Counted from the first letter of the whole stretch, positions 39,329 through 53,065 are shown. The stretch is 63,596 nucleotides of DNA, filler included, from Octopus bimaculoides (GCF_001194135.2; 7 parts of 7 records of this genome joined end to end with filler, not necessarily neighbours in it), one strand, 5' to 3'. Translations and numbers: made by a program. Notes: a model not told the origin generated them from the letters alone.

Positions 39329-39734
39329 GTAACGTTTTTTTGCCACTATAACATGGCTGTTCTATAAAAAAAACTACATTTTAATCTCAGGAAAACATCT
39401 TTTCCAACTGGTTAACGACACACAACCTGTGTCTGACATATTGTGAGTAAGGGAGCGAATCACTCCCTTCCAGCTTGGCAAGACCAGTAGACTATGGTTT
39501 CTGGGTCTTTACCCTTCATTGGTACTGGACACCTGTCTGCTAGAGATGGCAGTCAATCGTCCTTAGTTACAATATATAAACAGAAACCCGAGGAGAGTGA
39601 TTCGCTCCCTTACAATATACTAGACTCAAGTTGTGTATCATTGACCTGCTGGAAAAGACGTTTTCCTGGGGTTAAAATGTAGTAACCTTGTTCTTTATAG
39701 AACAGCCATGTTATAGTGGCCCCAAAACCATTAC
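39329..39734. mobile_element. Foldback element/MITE with ~140-bp inverted arms
   Basis: GCCACTATAACATGGCTGTTCTATAAA...AAGGGAGCGAATCACTC on the left is mirrored on the right. The right end is TTACTG-like. Confidence 0.8.
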
Positions 39735-40821
39735 TGTCTAGTATTGTTACTACTTATTTCTCGTTTAGAGATTTTAGAGCCAGCTATTTTGCTCATTATA
39801 TATATATCTATATCTATATATACACACATTCATATATCATACATATATAGATATATACAAACACATACATGTACATATGTATGTGTTATATCATCATGGG
39901 TTGGATGGTTTCACTGAGGTCTGGAGAGCCAGCGGCTGCACCAGGCTCCAATCTGATCTAGCTATGTTTCTACAGCTAGATGCCCTTCCTAATGCTAACC
40001 TCTCTGAGAGTCTAGTGGGTGCTTTTACATGCCACTGGCACAGGAGCCAGTCAGGTGGTCCTGGTATCAATCACGTTTGGATAGTNNNNNNNNNNNNNNN
40101 NNNNNNNNNNNNNNNNNNNNNNNNNNNNNTTAATTAATTAANNNNNNNNNNNNNNNNNNNNNNNNNNNNNNNNNNNNNNNNNNNNATATATTTATATATG
40201 TACACACACACACACATAGATATTAAAGAGAAAGAGAAGGCACAAAGAGAGAAAGAAAAGCGGACAGATAGACAGACACACAGACTGACAGGTAGATACA
40301 TAGATAGTAATGATAATGATTGATTAACTGATTGGTTAATTGAATGAATTAGAGACTGATAGATTGATTGATTGAATAAGTGATTGATTGACATAAGATC
40401 AGATCGACGAATTGACTGGAGGAAAGAACGACAGGAAAAAAAAACCCAAAGAAAACTACATCATTAAATAGATATACATACATGAGTGTGTGTGTGTGTG
40501 TATATACATATATATATATATATATGCGTATGTATGTATGTATGTATGTATGTGTGCAAATGTGTGTGTACGTATCTCTGTATCAGTGCGTGTATGCACA
40601 GAGGAACATCTTTAGAGGAAGAAGAGATACACAACAATATAAATAGATCGATTGATCGATCAGTAGATAGATTGATTGATAGACAGACTGACAGAAAGAT
40701 GGAAAGGAAGAGGGGGAGTGGAGGAGAGAGAGAGAGAGAGGCAGGTAGGCAAACAGACAGACAGACAGACAGACAGGAAGACAGACAGATTATTAGTTTT
40801 TATGTTCTTTTATTGAATAGA

Positions 40822-40840
40822 GGGAATAGAAACGAGTAAG

Positions 40841-40880
<40 letters not shown>

Positions 40881-41310
40881 TCAGACACACACACACACGC
40901 GTACACACAAACACACTTTCAGACACATATACATACACACATATACACACACGTACACTCACATACATACGTACACACGTACACATACACTTAGACACAC
41001 ATACACACATACTCATACACAAACACACACACGCATATGTACAACTCAGACACACATACACACACACTCAGACACTCATAAACGCACACACGTACGCACA
41101 CACTCACACACACACGCACACTCACACACACATTCAGACGCACATACGCACACACACTCACACACTCGCAGACACCCACACGTACACACGCACGCACACG
41201 TACACACACACACACTCAGACACACACACTCGCGCATACACACACACACACACACACATATACACATATACACACACATTCATCCGCACCCGCACACGGA
41301 ACATACACAT
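40822..41310 (+). repeat. Long degenerate (CA)n tract. Many other (TA)n, (CA)n, (TACA)n, (GATA)n, (GA)n and (TAA)n arrays occur window-wide.
   Basis: Direct inspection. Confidence 0.95.
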
Positions 41311-41766
41311 GACTGTGTGTGCACGTGTATAAATGAACATAGGCCTGCATGTATACATGCCTCTCAGTTCCTACGTATCTTTATGCGTGTGTGTGGACAT
41401 TATATTGAAAACAGCATGTATATATACATGTAACCAAAACCTGCAAAAGAAAAACGAAAAAAAAAAAACACTGAACGATAACATAAATCCTAGGACAAAC
41501 CAACTTTGTCCTATGTTTGTGTAACTCCATCCATTGTTTTAAGCACAACTTAACCCTACATAGTAGAGACATAGTGTTTTGTAGTGTTGTTGTATATAGT
41601 GTTGTTATAGAGCTTTGTGGTTGCACTATCGACGTAGCTGCTGTTCTATGATAGTAGTCTAGCTTTATAGGAATGTGTCGCTTCTTTTGTGTTGATTCCA
41701 TCACTAACTGTATGTGTTTTCTTTTTATAGTCTTCTTCAGTGTGTGTGGGTGACAAGGTGTGTGTG

Positions 41767-41809
<43 letters not shown>

Positions 41810-42534
41810 ATGTGAGTGTATGTGTGCGTGCTTGTGTGCCTGAGTGCATCTGTGCAAGGGAGCATATGTGTATAGCTTTATTTCGTTTTTGTATAGGTAT
41901 CTATTGAAAGAAATGTATGTTTATATATTTATACGTATATATCTATATCTATATCTATATATATATANNNNNNNNNNNNNNNNNNNNNNNNNNNNNNNNN
42001 NNNNNNNNNNNNNNNNNNNNNNNNNNNNNNNNNNNNNNNNNNNNNNNNNNNNNNNNNNNNNNNNNNNNNNNNNNNNNNNNNNNNNNNNNNNNNNNNNNNN
42101 NNNNNNNNNNNNNNNNNNNNNNNNNNNNNNNNNNNNNNNNNNNNNNNNNNNNNNNNNNNNNNNNNNNNNNNNNNNNNNNNNNNNNNNNNNNNNNNNNNNN
42201 NNNNNNNNNNNNNNNNNNNNNNNNNNNNNNNNNNNNNNNNNNNNNNNNNNNNNNNNNNNNNNNNNNNNNNNNNNNNNNNNNNNNNNNNNNNNNNNNNNNN
42301 NNNNNNNNNNNNNNNNNNNNNNNNNNNNNNNNNNNNNNNNNNNNNNNNNNNNNNNNNNNNNNNNNNNNNNNNNNNNNNNNNNNNNNNNNNNNNNNNNNNN
42401 NNNNNNNNNNNNNNNNNNNNNNNNNNNNNNNNNNNNNNNNNNNNNNNNNNNNNNNNNNNNNNNNNNNNNNNNNNNNNNNNNNNNNNNNNNNNNNNNNNNN
42501 NNNNNNNNNNNNNNNNNNNNNNNNNNNNNNNNNN

Positions 42535-42570
<36 letters not shown>

Positions 42571-43036
42571 GTATATGTATATATGTATAAATATATATAT
42601 ATTTATACATATGCATATATATGTGTGTGTGTCTGTGTGTGTGTGAGCTTATATCACATCTATATACAAATATACTTACCTACATACACATATACACACT
42701 CATACACATACATACAAGCATCCATCCATCCATACATGCATACATACACACATACACACATACATACACACATACACACATACACACATACATAGACACA
42801 TCGTTGGCCCTGCTATTCTTCAATTAAATGATTAGTTATTTAATCTTTATTAGAAGGCAATAAACCGTAATTGTGATGTTCATGTTTTCCTCCAAATATT
42901 AACGTCGATTCCTGAAATTGGAACTGGGCTACCAATTACTTTAAGAGACGGGTTACCTTCTATATGAAGACTCTTCACAACAGGGTCTTTCTGGTTAGAG
43001 AAATGGTTCTGGAAATCAGGAGTCATGACTTCAACT

Positions 43037-43105
<69 letters not shown>

Positions 43106-43699
43106 ATATGTGTGTGTGTTTGTGTTTTTCTAGTTCCTCACCACCGCTTGACAACCGATGTTGTTTGGGGTTCTATTAGCTCAACTAAAATCCTTCAAGG
43201 CAGTGACCCAGTATGGCCGCAATCCAGTGATTGAAATAAGCAATATTGAAATAAGTCTTGTTGGATTTGAATTGTCATCGATGCTTATGTAGTTTTGCTG
43301 TTTTTCTAAGTTGTGGTGTTAACCCTATGAAAACCCTTTTTTTATCTCTGGGAAAAAGTAATCCATATTAGTCTAGTCTCTATCTTTTGACCTGTCGAAC
43401 TCGGATGGCCCTACCAGGAACTTGCATTTATTTCACTGACACAGCTCTCAGGGTCATTGAAGTACTCAATCCAATGCACCCTAACAAGGACAGGACCTTG
43501 AGGTGAAAATTATTGCCAATAGCATCGATATCGTCTAATTAACTTAACGTAGAGATTCTTAGTTCTTATAAGATGTTTTCAGTCAATACTTAGAAAAGAA
43601 GAGCCAACAAAATGTCATTAACACTTCTACTGCGAAAATCAAATATATCGACTTAAAATTTCATTGTCCTTAAACTGTGAGAAACAGTTTTATATATAA

Positions 43700-44050
43700 A
43701 CCAGTAATCTTTTGTTGGAAAATGTCACGTTTGAAACTACTTTCTGTTGAGATATGTCAAGTTTGCTGAAGCAACGTGACTTACACAAAATACTAGCTAT
43801 ATTTTTGGGTAGATATTTTAACATCATTATTGGAATAACCACGAAGTTTAATTTCGCAGTTGAAGGATTAACGCCTACATCGGTCTTGGTGGAAGATTGT
43901 GAACCTTCGAATGTAGATTTTAATGAGGATGGTCTGTCCTTTTGGACAGCGCTGCCTGCAAAGACTATTCCATGCGACGAGAGGTATATGCTCTCAAAAC
44001 CCTCGGCAAAATCAATGTAAGCAATATGAATTGTATTGTTGATGTCATAA
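43700..44050 (-). mobile_element. Possible degraded retroelement RT fragment
   Basis: IHIAYIDFAEGFESI resembles VDxIYLDFxKAFDSV, and CFSKLDIS resembles an LTR RT motif. The mosaic is not coherent. Confidence 0.3.
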
Positions 44051-44169
44051 GAACTTACAGACTTCAAGAGAACATGAAATAAATAGTTTTTAATGGTGAA
44101 ACTCGATGTGTATAAAGCTACAAATAATTCAGTTCTATATTTAATAGATGAGGAATTATGTACGTTATT

Positions 44170-44315
44170 TACATATGGCGTAGGAATGAGAATCCAGGTT
44201 CGAAATTTCCCAAGACACCTGACGAAGGCTGGAAGGTATATCAACCGAAACGTTGTGTTAACAACAAACCAAATGAGGACAAATATCCGTCAAATGTAAA
44301 TAATGTAAATAATGT
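44170..44315 (+). mobile_element. Penelope-like element terminal-repeat fragment
   Basis: Carries the CTGACGAAGGC...CCGAAACGT minimal hammerhead typical of Penelope-like termini and ends in a short AATGTAAAT repeat. Confidence 0.55.
44214..44259 (+). ncRNA. Minimal type I hammerhead ribozyme motif
   Basis: GACAC-CUGACGA-A-GGCUG(loop)CAACC-GAA-ACGU-U-GUGUU. Stem I is 5 bp, stem II is 4 of 5 paired, and stem III is the palindrome ACGU. Confidence 0.65.
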
Positions 44316-44581
44316 ACCAATAGTTGTTTCAAATTTTGACACAAGGCCAGCATTACATCGACCCCAGTACTTGACTGATACTTTACTTTATCAACCGCAA
44401 AAGAATGAAAGGCAAAGTTGATTTCGGTGGCATTTGAATTGAGAGCGTAAAGCCGTTGGAAATGGCGCGAAATATTTTTACCCAGCGTAAAAATGATTCC
44501 GCTAATTCACTGCTTTCAGATAAAGTTATAAATAACAGCATGTAAATATTGAGTTAAAAACACCTTTGGAGGGAAAAAGTC

Positions 44582-44915
44582 GAAAGCTGCTCTATACAGA
44601 GGATGCCGAAGGCTGCCCTACACAGAGGATTCGAAAGCTGCCCTACACAGAGGATATCGAAGGCTGCCCTACACAGAGGATGTCGAAAGCTGCCCTATGC
44701 AGAGGATGTTGAAGGCTGCCCTACACAGAGGATGTCGAAAGCTGCCCTATGCAGAGGATGCCGAAGCCTGCTCTACACAGAGGACGTCGAAAACTGCCCT
44801 ACACAGAGGATGTTGAAGGCTGCCTTCACAGAGAATGTCGCAGGCTGCCCTGTGCAGAGAATGTCGAAAGCTGCCTGTATAGAGGATGTTGAAGGCTGCC
44901 CTATACAGAGGATGT
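44582..44915 (+). repeat. 26-bp minisatellite (GAAGGCTGCCCTACACAGAGGATGTC), about 13 copies
   Basis: Direct inspection; explains ORF 44603-45034. Confidence 0.9.
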
Positions 44916-45534
44916 GTCATGAGCAACTTTCAAAATTTTCCATCCAAAGGGCAGTGTCAATCCAATATTTACACGCCACTGCTCATAATTTTACCTACTT
45001 TGAATGCCACCATTTAAAACGATGCTTTTTTTAAATTTCGTTGTTGAATTCAATCGTATGGGGAATTTTTCTGCATATGCTGCGAAGAAAATACTCCTTG
45101 TTTCGCGCTCCTTTCAGGCTTACAGCAATCTAAAAAGACTACAAGATAAAGATATATATTTTTTTATAGGAAAAGCAAAGATTGTCATGGAAAATTTATA
45201 GATGCGACTGACAAGCTGAGCCGTCGCCAAGGTAATTAGCTTCATTGGCCAACCCAACAATGTGCGTCCCTAATTTCCAGAATATCTGCCCCATTCTTTT
45301 CCTAGTCTGACAATAGGAGCCTTCTTCTTCAATTTCCTTTTATAACATTCTCCAGCCATCATCTTTATTACAGCAACTGGGTAGGAAAATGCAGTCGAAA
45401 TATTATATTAACTTAGGAACAAATCTGTAGTTTCACAAACATGAACATCACTGAGTCTATCTGTTACTGGGCGAAATTTGGAATATTTCACACCAAAACT
45501 TGTGACAGGTCGTAACGACACACAAGAATTCCTC

Positions 45535-45607
<73 letters not shown>

Positions 45608-45640
45608 TTGTTTGTTTAACTAGCTAGCATCTGTCTATAG

Positions 45641-45682
<42 letters not shown>

Positions 45683-45773
45683 ATAGATATAGATAGATAC
45701 ATACATGTATGTATGTATGTTTGTATGTATGTATGTATGTTTGTATGTGTGTGTATATGTGTATATGTATATA

Positions 45774-45832
<59 letters not shown>

Positions 45833-46559
45833 NNNNNNNNNNNNNNNNNNNNNNNNNNNNNNNNNNNNNNNNNNNNNNNNNNNNNNNNNNNNNNNNNNNN
45901 NNNNNNNNNNNNNNNNNNNNNNNNNNNNNNNNNNNNNNNNNNNNNNNNNNNNNNNNNNNNNNNNNNNNNNNNNNNNNNNNNNNNNNNNNNNNNNNNNNNN
46001 NNNNNNNNNNNNNNNNNNNNNNNNNNNNNNNNNNNNNNNNNNNNNNNNNNNNNNNNNNNNNNNNNNNNNNNNNNNNNNNNNNNNNNNNNNNNNNNNNNNN
46101 NNTATATATATATGTACGTATACATATATATAAGATATATACGTATGTATGTGCATGCACGTGTGTGTGTGTGTGTGTGTGTACGAATGTGCGTGTATTT
46201 ATGTCAGTACATGCGTTTCATATCACTACTACAGAAAATGAACAACCTACAGTATCGACAGATCAATAACGATCTTCCCAGCAGACACATGTTCAATGAT
46301 GAATGTTAGAGATGCAGAATAGATTGCATCACAGTATAAACCGTTGAAATCAAAAGCGGACTCCGATCCCGTTCTTCACTGACTACGGCGTTACTAGCTG
46401 TCATTTTGGACACAACACGATTCGATCTCAGAACCGTGAAGGAGCAAGCTGAGTATTTTACTGAGGTTTTTTTCGGTTTTGTTTTTAAGGAGTGACTGTT
46501 GCTGCTGTTATGCTGCTAGTGGTGGTGGTGGTTAGATAGATAGATAGATAGACATTATA

Positions 46560-46797
46560 TATTTCTTTATTGCCCACAAGGGGCTAAACATAAAGGGGAC
46601 AAACAAGGACAGACAAAGGGATTAAGTCGATTACATCGACTCCAGTGCGTAACTGGTACTTTATTTATCGACCCGGAAAGGATGAAAGGCAAAGTTGACC
46701 TCGGCGGAATTTGAACTCAGAACGTAACGGCAGACGAAATACCGCTAAGCATTTCGCCCAACGCGCTAACGTTTCTGCCAGCTCACCGCCTTATAGC
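46560..46797 (-). mobile_element. tRNA-derived SINE family A, full length with 11-bp target-site duplication
   Basis: GGCGGTGAGCTGGCAGAAACGTTAGC...GAGTTCAAATTCCGCCGAGGTCAACTTTGCCTTTCATCC...GTACCAG. TSD TAGACATTATA at 46549-46559 and 46798-46808. Confidence 0.9.
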
Positions 46798-47221
46798 TAG
46801 ACATTATACAGTAACTAACCAAATGAAATCTCGTCATAGTATTTCATGTTATAATGCGATTTTAATGGAGATTTTAATTTAAATATAAATACATTAGTAT
46901 GTTCAGTCGCTGGTGGGTTGGTATTAAAACGGTTTTACAAGCTGAATGGTTTCAGCAGAGGATAACGAAAACAAGACAACCTCATTTGTTTTTGTAATAT
47001 GTTTTCTTAACGAATTTGGCACTGAGCAGGTGGTTGGTCCAGATAAATACTAAAATACCAATTATGAAGGGAATAACACACACACAAACGGAGTCACACA
47101 TGCGCTCACGTAAACATGCACAGACAGACACAGGCACACGCACACATACACACACACACAGATAAAGACACATAAACACAAGCAAACATGCACATACAGA
47201 AACACACACACGGACACATGT

Positions 47222-47274
<53 letters not shown>

Positions 47275-47331
47275 CAGATAGATGGACAGATAGATAGATA
47301 GATATAGATATAGATGAATATATATGTGTAT

Positions 47332-47421
<90 letters not shown>

Positions 47422-47479
47422 GTTTATATATGTATGTGTTTGTGTGTGTGTGTGCGTACGTATGGAGATCGATTTAGAT

Positions 47480-47510
<31 letters not shown>

Positions 47511-47739
47511 CATACATATATGGTTTAGCAACACATCTTTTTCTCTTTAAATATTTCTGTCACCCTTTATCTCTTTTACTGCATCACATTTTCTCTATTT
47601 GCATACACACACTAACAAACATACTCACAAATGCACACATACACACACAGACATACATATACGCAGGGTCGCATATATTCATGTATAATACTTATAGTGC
47701 TAACAAGTTATCTTAAAGATAGCGTCGAATGAAATTTCA

Positions 47740-48300
47740 CGTCTTGTGCCTCCAGTAGAATAGTCCTGTATTTTCACGGCAAGTGAGGGGTTTTAAGCAT
47801 TGTGCAGCGGTGCGCTACTCTCACATTCGTATAACTTTCAACGCCAAAGCTTGGAACAAGTCCTTCCAGAATCTTCCAGATGTATATTGCAGCATATCTC
47901 TCCCGCTTTCGGGAGTAAAGTCTTAACCTCTTATGTTTTTTCCTTGTAGGTAATTTACTACATTCAGACTTTCTTCTTCGTGTAGCTTCACTGGACTGCT
48001 TCTAGTCCCGTTATCAGCTTCACACTGTATCGTGGCCGTAGTTGAGAGCAATAGTCAAATTGACTTAGGATAAAATTTCCTCCAGAGAATCATCATGGTT
48101 TCCTTCTCTCTTGTTCTGAAAGTTTTGAGAATCCAGCCAGTCATCCACCTGCATTTCATTGACAATTTACTAATATGCAGATGGAAGGAGGCATCACCAC
48201 TCATGTCAATACCCACGTCACGAATTTTCGAACTGCGATCCTTACAAGTCCAGTATATTTTGACTGCATTGCATTTAACTTTGTCTAGGGAACTTTCCAG
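47740..48300 (-). mobile_element. CR1/L2-group LINE ORF2 C-terminal fragment
   Basis: IRDVGIDMS...GWILKTFRTRE, DYCSQL...LEAVQ*SYTKK and RLYSRKRERYAAIYIWKILEGLVP. Frameshifted. Confidence 0.75.
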
Positions 48301-48509
48301 CATTAAACTGCTTATTATCGTCGCCAGCTTACTTTTATATTATTTCTAAGGCTGTGAAATATTTCAGAACATTTATAAAGAGAAGGTCTTACAGCTGTTT
48401 CCGGGATATTTTATATATCCCTTCATCGGAGACGGTACGAGAAAATGGTTAAGCAATAGTTATTATAGAGAAGATATGAAATAGAGAGTGAAGTGGAGGA
48501 ATGAAAAAA

Positions 48510-48669
48510 GACGTGAGTACTGTTATGACCTCGTCTACAGAATTCATATTTTTTCCGTCCAGATGATTTTGAAGACTGCAGAATAAATGATAATCAAATG
48601 GAACGATGTCCGAAGAATATGGTGGATGGGGCATCGTTTCCCATTCAAACTGCTCCAGCCTTTTGAATG
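48510..48669 (-). mobile_element. mariner transposase fragment (third catalytic Asp region)
   Basis: LEQFEWETMPHPPYSSDIVPFDYHLFCSLQNHLDGK matches the HPPYSPDLAPSDYHLF motif. Confidence 0.85.
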
Positions 48670-48844
48670 NNNNNNNNNNNNNNNNNNNNNNNNNNNNNNN
48701 NNNNNNNNNNNNNTTAATTAATTAANNNNNNNNNNNNNNNNNNNNNNNNNNNNNNNNNNNNNNNNNNNNGTAGTGGGGCAGGAAGTGCTTAGTGAAAGGT
48801 ATTTGCTAATTGTCCAGTGTGGCATGAAGATGATAAATAATTCA

Positions 48845-48897
<53 letters not shown>

Positions 48898-49541
48898 GTA
48901 CACACACGCACACACGCACGCACACACACACACACAAACATGTACATACTCATGCCAATATATACACGTCCAACATACACACCGCACACGCCCTGTCCAA
49001 TGCATCACACGAACAACACATCCACACACACGTATTAATAACCCAATACCACACACATATACACACGCAATACATTCATATATATTCATACACCCACCTT
49101 CGCAAAGACAGAAACCCATCTACACAGACTATAGTCTGGATATTCCTTTTCCATCAAAGTACATTTTATTATGTTGCAAACATAAAGACATACATACATA
49201 CATACATACATATATGCATACATACATGCATACATACNNNNNNNNNNTATATACATATACATATACATACATGAACACACATAGATACGCACACGTACAC
49301 ACACACAAACATACAAACATACATAATTACCTACGTATACACATACACATATACGTACATGATTACATCCATACATGCAAACATAATTACATACATGCAT
49401 ATATATTTACATAGATACATACGTAATTACATACCTACATACATACATACATACATACATACATACATACATACATACATACATACATACATGCATACAT
49501 ATATACATACATGCATACATCTGCGATGCTGTTTATTATAC

Positions 49542-49619
49542 TTGGAGGCCACCTGAACGATAATTGGCGCTCCGGAAGACAGAGACATCAGCCAGACTCA
49601 TATCTTCTTTGTAGGTGAC
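49542..49619 (-). CDS. Candidate coding exon of an unidentified minus-strand gene
   Basis: Acceptor tttactttcAG and donor GTataa. The 78 nt (phase 0/0) read [26 protein letters not shown]. No homology recognised. Confidence 0.3.
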
Positions 49620-49976
49620 CTGAAAGTAAATGCAAAAAGATATGAATAGTATGAAGAAAAGCCTTGACCTGGTTATAGTTTTTAAAGGATAAAGGGGTGG
49701 ACTTTGGCCAAGATAAATGTGCCTACCGAGTTGTCACATAAGGGAGAATTACAAAGCAATCTAGGAGCCTCTCTATCATTGACCTGCTTCATGTGCCCAG
49801 GGTTAAATGAAAATATATCATATGACGACACTTGCAACAAGAAACACGTAATCAGGAAGTATAATATAGTAGAGTGGTTCTCGATCGGGTCCATATGATC
49901 TTTAAGGGTTAAGGGTTCATCTAAGATTTTGTTGTTGAAATTTATGAGCAATAAACTGGTTATATTTCTACAATAC

Positions 49977-50280
49977 ATTAGGCGGCGATCTAGCAGAATC
50001 GTTAGCTTGAAGAGCAAAATTCTTAGCAGCAATTCGTCTGTCATTATGTTCTGTGTTGAAATTCCGCCGGAGTCGGATTTACCCTTCATCCGTTCGGAGA
50101 TCGATTTCGTCTTTCATCCTTTTGGAGTTTGACTTTGCTTTCATCCTTTCAGAAGTCGAATTTGACTTTCATTCTTTCGGAGTTGGATTTTGCCTTCATC
50201 CTTTTGAATAGTGGGGTCGATATAAACAAATACTCTCTTCTCCTAAAATTACTGGCCTTGCGCCACAATTTGAAACCAGT
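49977..50280 (+). mobile_element. SINE family A with internally amplified core
   Basis: Normal head and tail, with about 5 diverged copies of a ~28-bp GAGTCGACTTTGCCTTTCATCCTTTCG unit at ~50070-50205. Confidence 0.8.
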
Positions 50281-50975
50281 ATTTCTACAATACACAAAAT
50301 ATTTAAACATTTTTAAAGTATAATTCCTAATAATATTTAATCATAAAAATATAATGATAGCTTCTAGACGTGATATCGAATGGTTATGAGGTGCACTTCG
50401 GATAACTGACTACAAAATACAGTAATCGATGTTTCTATTTTTCAGATCCCAAATACATTTTGCTAATGATGTATTAGGAAATATTGAAAGAATGTATGAG
50501 CACTCCATTTACATTTGACGCTGTAACACCCATATAGCAGTATACTTTATCGTTGTCAGGACGGAACATTTTCCTTCTAAATTTATTCGTAGGCACTCGA
50601 TGTTTGCAGGCTTTTATATTGATCCTTAAAGTTACAAAACTATCATGTTTACTAGCTAGCGAAGAACTATTGATTGTACTGTTACTGAAGCTTTTGTTAA
50701 AAAGAGGCACAAGATCAATAACCAGTGGTAACATTCTTGATTAATAAAGTATTATGTTAACAGAGACGCTAGAGACAGACTAACTACTAGCATACTTAGA
50801 ATCACATACGTTATTTCCAATATCGTTTATTTCATTATTAATAGGACTTATATTATCAGACAGCTTAGGTGTGATGGAGTACCAACATATATTAGTGTGC
50901 ATATTGAATAATATACGCTATCTACTAGAAAGAGGGAAGTGCCTTTCCAATGCTGTACATATGTATGTGTGTATG

Positions 50976-51014
<39 letters not shown>

Positions 51015-51182
51015 ACACACACTTATATAATAATATGTTTATAAGTTTTAAGCATACGAAAATATCATTATTATTATCATTACAGAATTGTAAAAACACG
51101 ACATGTCTTATCAAATCAGTCATGTGTGTATGTGTGTGTGTATGTATTTATATATATGCATCTTTTCTATGTGTAGGTTAAC

Positions 51183-51373
51183 TAGGCTACCAATAGTTTC
51201 ATGTTAAGAGAGGTGTATCTCTTAAATATTTTCAAGCCTATTGAACACGTTAGTGTTCATATCCATCTTGGATGAAAACACCAGGATGGAGACGAACACC
51301 AATGTTCCATGCAATAGGCTTGAAAACTATTAAGAGATTTACCTCTCTTAACATGAAACTAATGATAGCCTGA
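51183..51373. mobile_element. MITE with ~60-bp inverted arms
   Basis: TAGGCTACCAATAGTTTCATGTTAAGAGAGG...CAAGCCTATTG versus CAATAGGCTTG...CCTCTCTTAACATGAAACTAATGATAGCCTGA. Confidence 0.8.
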
Positions 51374-52023
51374 TAAACCGACGAATAAAAAAGTATATAT
51401 ATATATCCAAGGACAGGTCGATGTCCGACAATTTTAAACGGAAACAAGCGATGAAAAAGAATGCACCTCTGTGAGCATTTATCATTTATCATGTCCTGCT
51501 TTATTTCTCCACGTTTCTCAACATTTCGCGTCAAACGTATGTGTGAATATACGTACTGATACGCACATCTGTGTGCTGGCGTGCAAACAAAGCATTTGGT
51601 TTTTCAGTACATGTGTACACATGTGTATTAGTCTTTGATCTTGTTACAATAAACCGATACTTTATTTAGTCGAAATAAGCACAAAATCAATGTGTAAAGG
51701 CAGCGAACCATTTAAAACAAAGCTAATGAACAGAGTAAGTAAAATTAATGAAGTACATAAAACTAATGTCGTTACGTCACACATCAACAATAGGTCAAAA
51801 CCGGTACTTTGTTTGTTCTTCTCAATCCAAGCGAAATTAATAAACAGTTTATTTGGAAACAAAACAAAGATAGTTATGTTGTTGTTGTCGTCACCGTTGG
51901 TGTTGTTGTTGTTGTGGTGGTGGTGGTGATGTTGTATGCCGCAAAAGAGGGACAAAAGAGTTATTAGTTTCTAATATCTCTTTTCGATTTGTCACCGATG
52001 TTTACATCGTTCGCAGACGCACA

Positions 52024-52071
<48 letters not shown>

Positions 52072-52905
52072 AACAAGCAAACAAACATACACACACGCGC
52101 ACAAACCCACTCATTCACTCAGACACACACTAACACACACTAACATACACACACACACACTCACTTACTGGGTCATTCACACATACATGCATAAACATAT
52201 ACTCACTCACACACTCATTCACATACTCACACACACATATATATAAATAACAATAGATAGATAGAAAATAAGGCGTGTGTGCGTGTGTGTGAGCGTATGT
52301 GTGCGCGCATGTGCGTGAGTGTTAGAGAGAAAGAGAGAGAGGAAGAGGAGGAGGTTTGCTGGTTTCACAAAAAAGTTTCTATTGTCTCTCCAAGTGTAAC
52401 ATCTCTTTACAGCGTTTTGCAATTTCGAACAAAACATTGGAATTGGTAAATTCTTGCAAAACCTTCCATCAATATTTCTTGAAGAATTTCCCTATATTAA
52501 CTGATTTCAAATGTTTATTTCCTACATAATAGACTTTCCAAACCTCAATTTTATAACCACGTGTTCGAAAATAGACTTCATAATTTTTATCAATGCTAAA
52601 ACTGCAACAACAGAAACATTTTGTGTTTTGCATGTAGAATACTGAAGATATGAATATTCCACCTGTTTCGTCATTAATAATGGAATAGACGAATGTGTGA
52701 CGTGTTTTGTGCTTTTAAAAACTAATAAAATTTCGAAAACTAATTGTATTTTGATATGAACGTAAATTTTGTTTCTTATATAATGACACGCTACTCCTCT
52801 ATTAGAATCGTTTTATTAACGGCAACGTGAACTCAAAGTAACGACTGAAGAAGCTTCAACTTTTAAGAAAGAGAGAGCGGGAGAGACAGGAGGGCAGAGA
52901 GATTA

Positions 52906-52972
<67 letters not shown>

Positions 52973-53065
52973 TGAGATAATAGATAGATAGAGATGAGAT
53001 AATAGATAGATAGTCAATGACAAACATGGACTATGATAAATTTATGTTGAAATATTTATTTCCAG

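Noticed and set aside
24911-44915. Minisatellites as CRISPR-like arrays
   Set aside because: Units are directly tandem with no unique spacers, in eukaryotic context with no cas genes.
44603-45034. 143-aa repetitive ORF
   Set aside because: Translation of a 26-bp (non-triplet) minisatellite.
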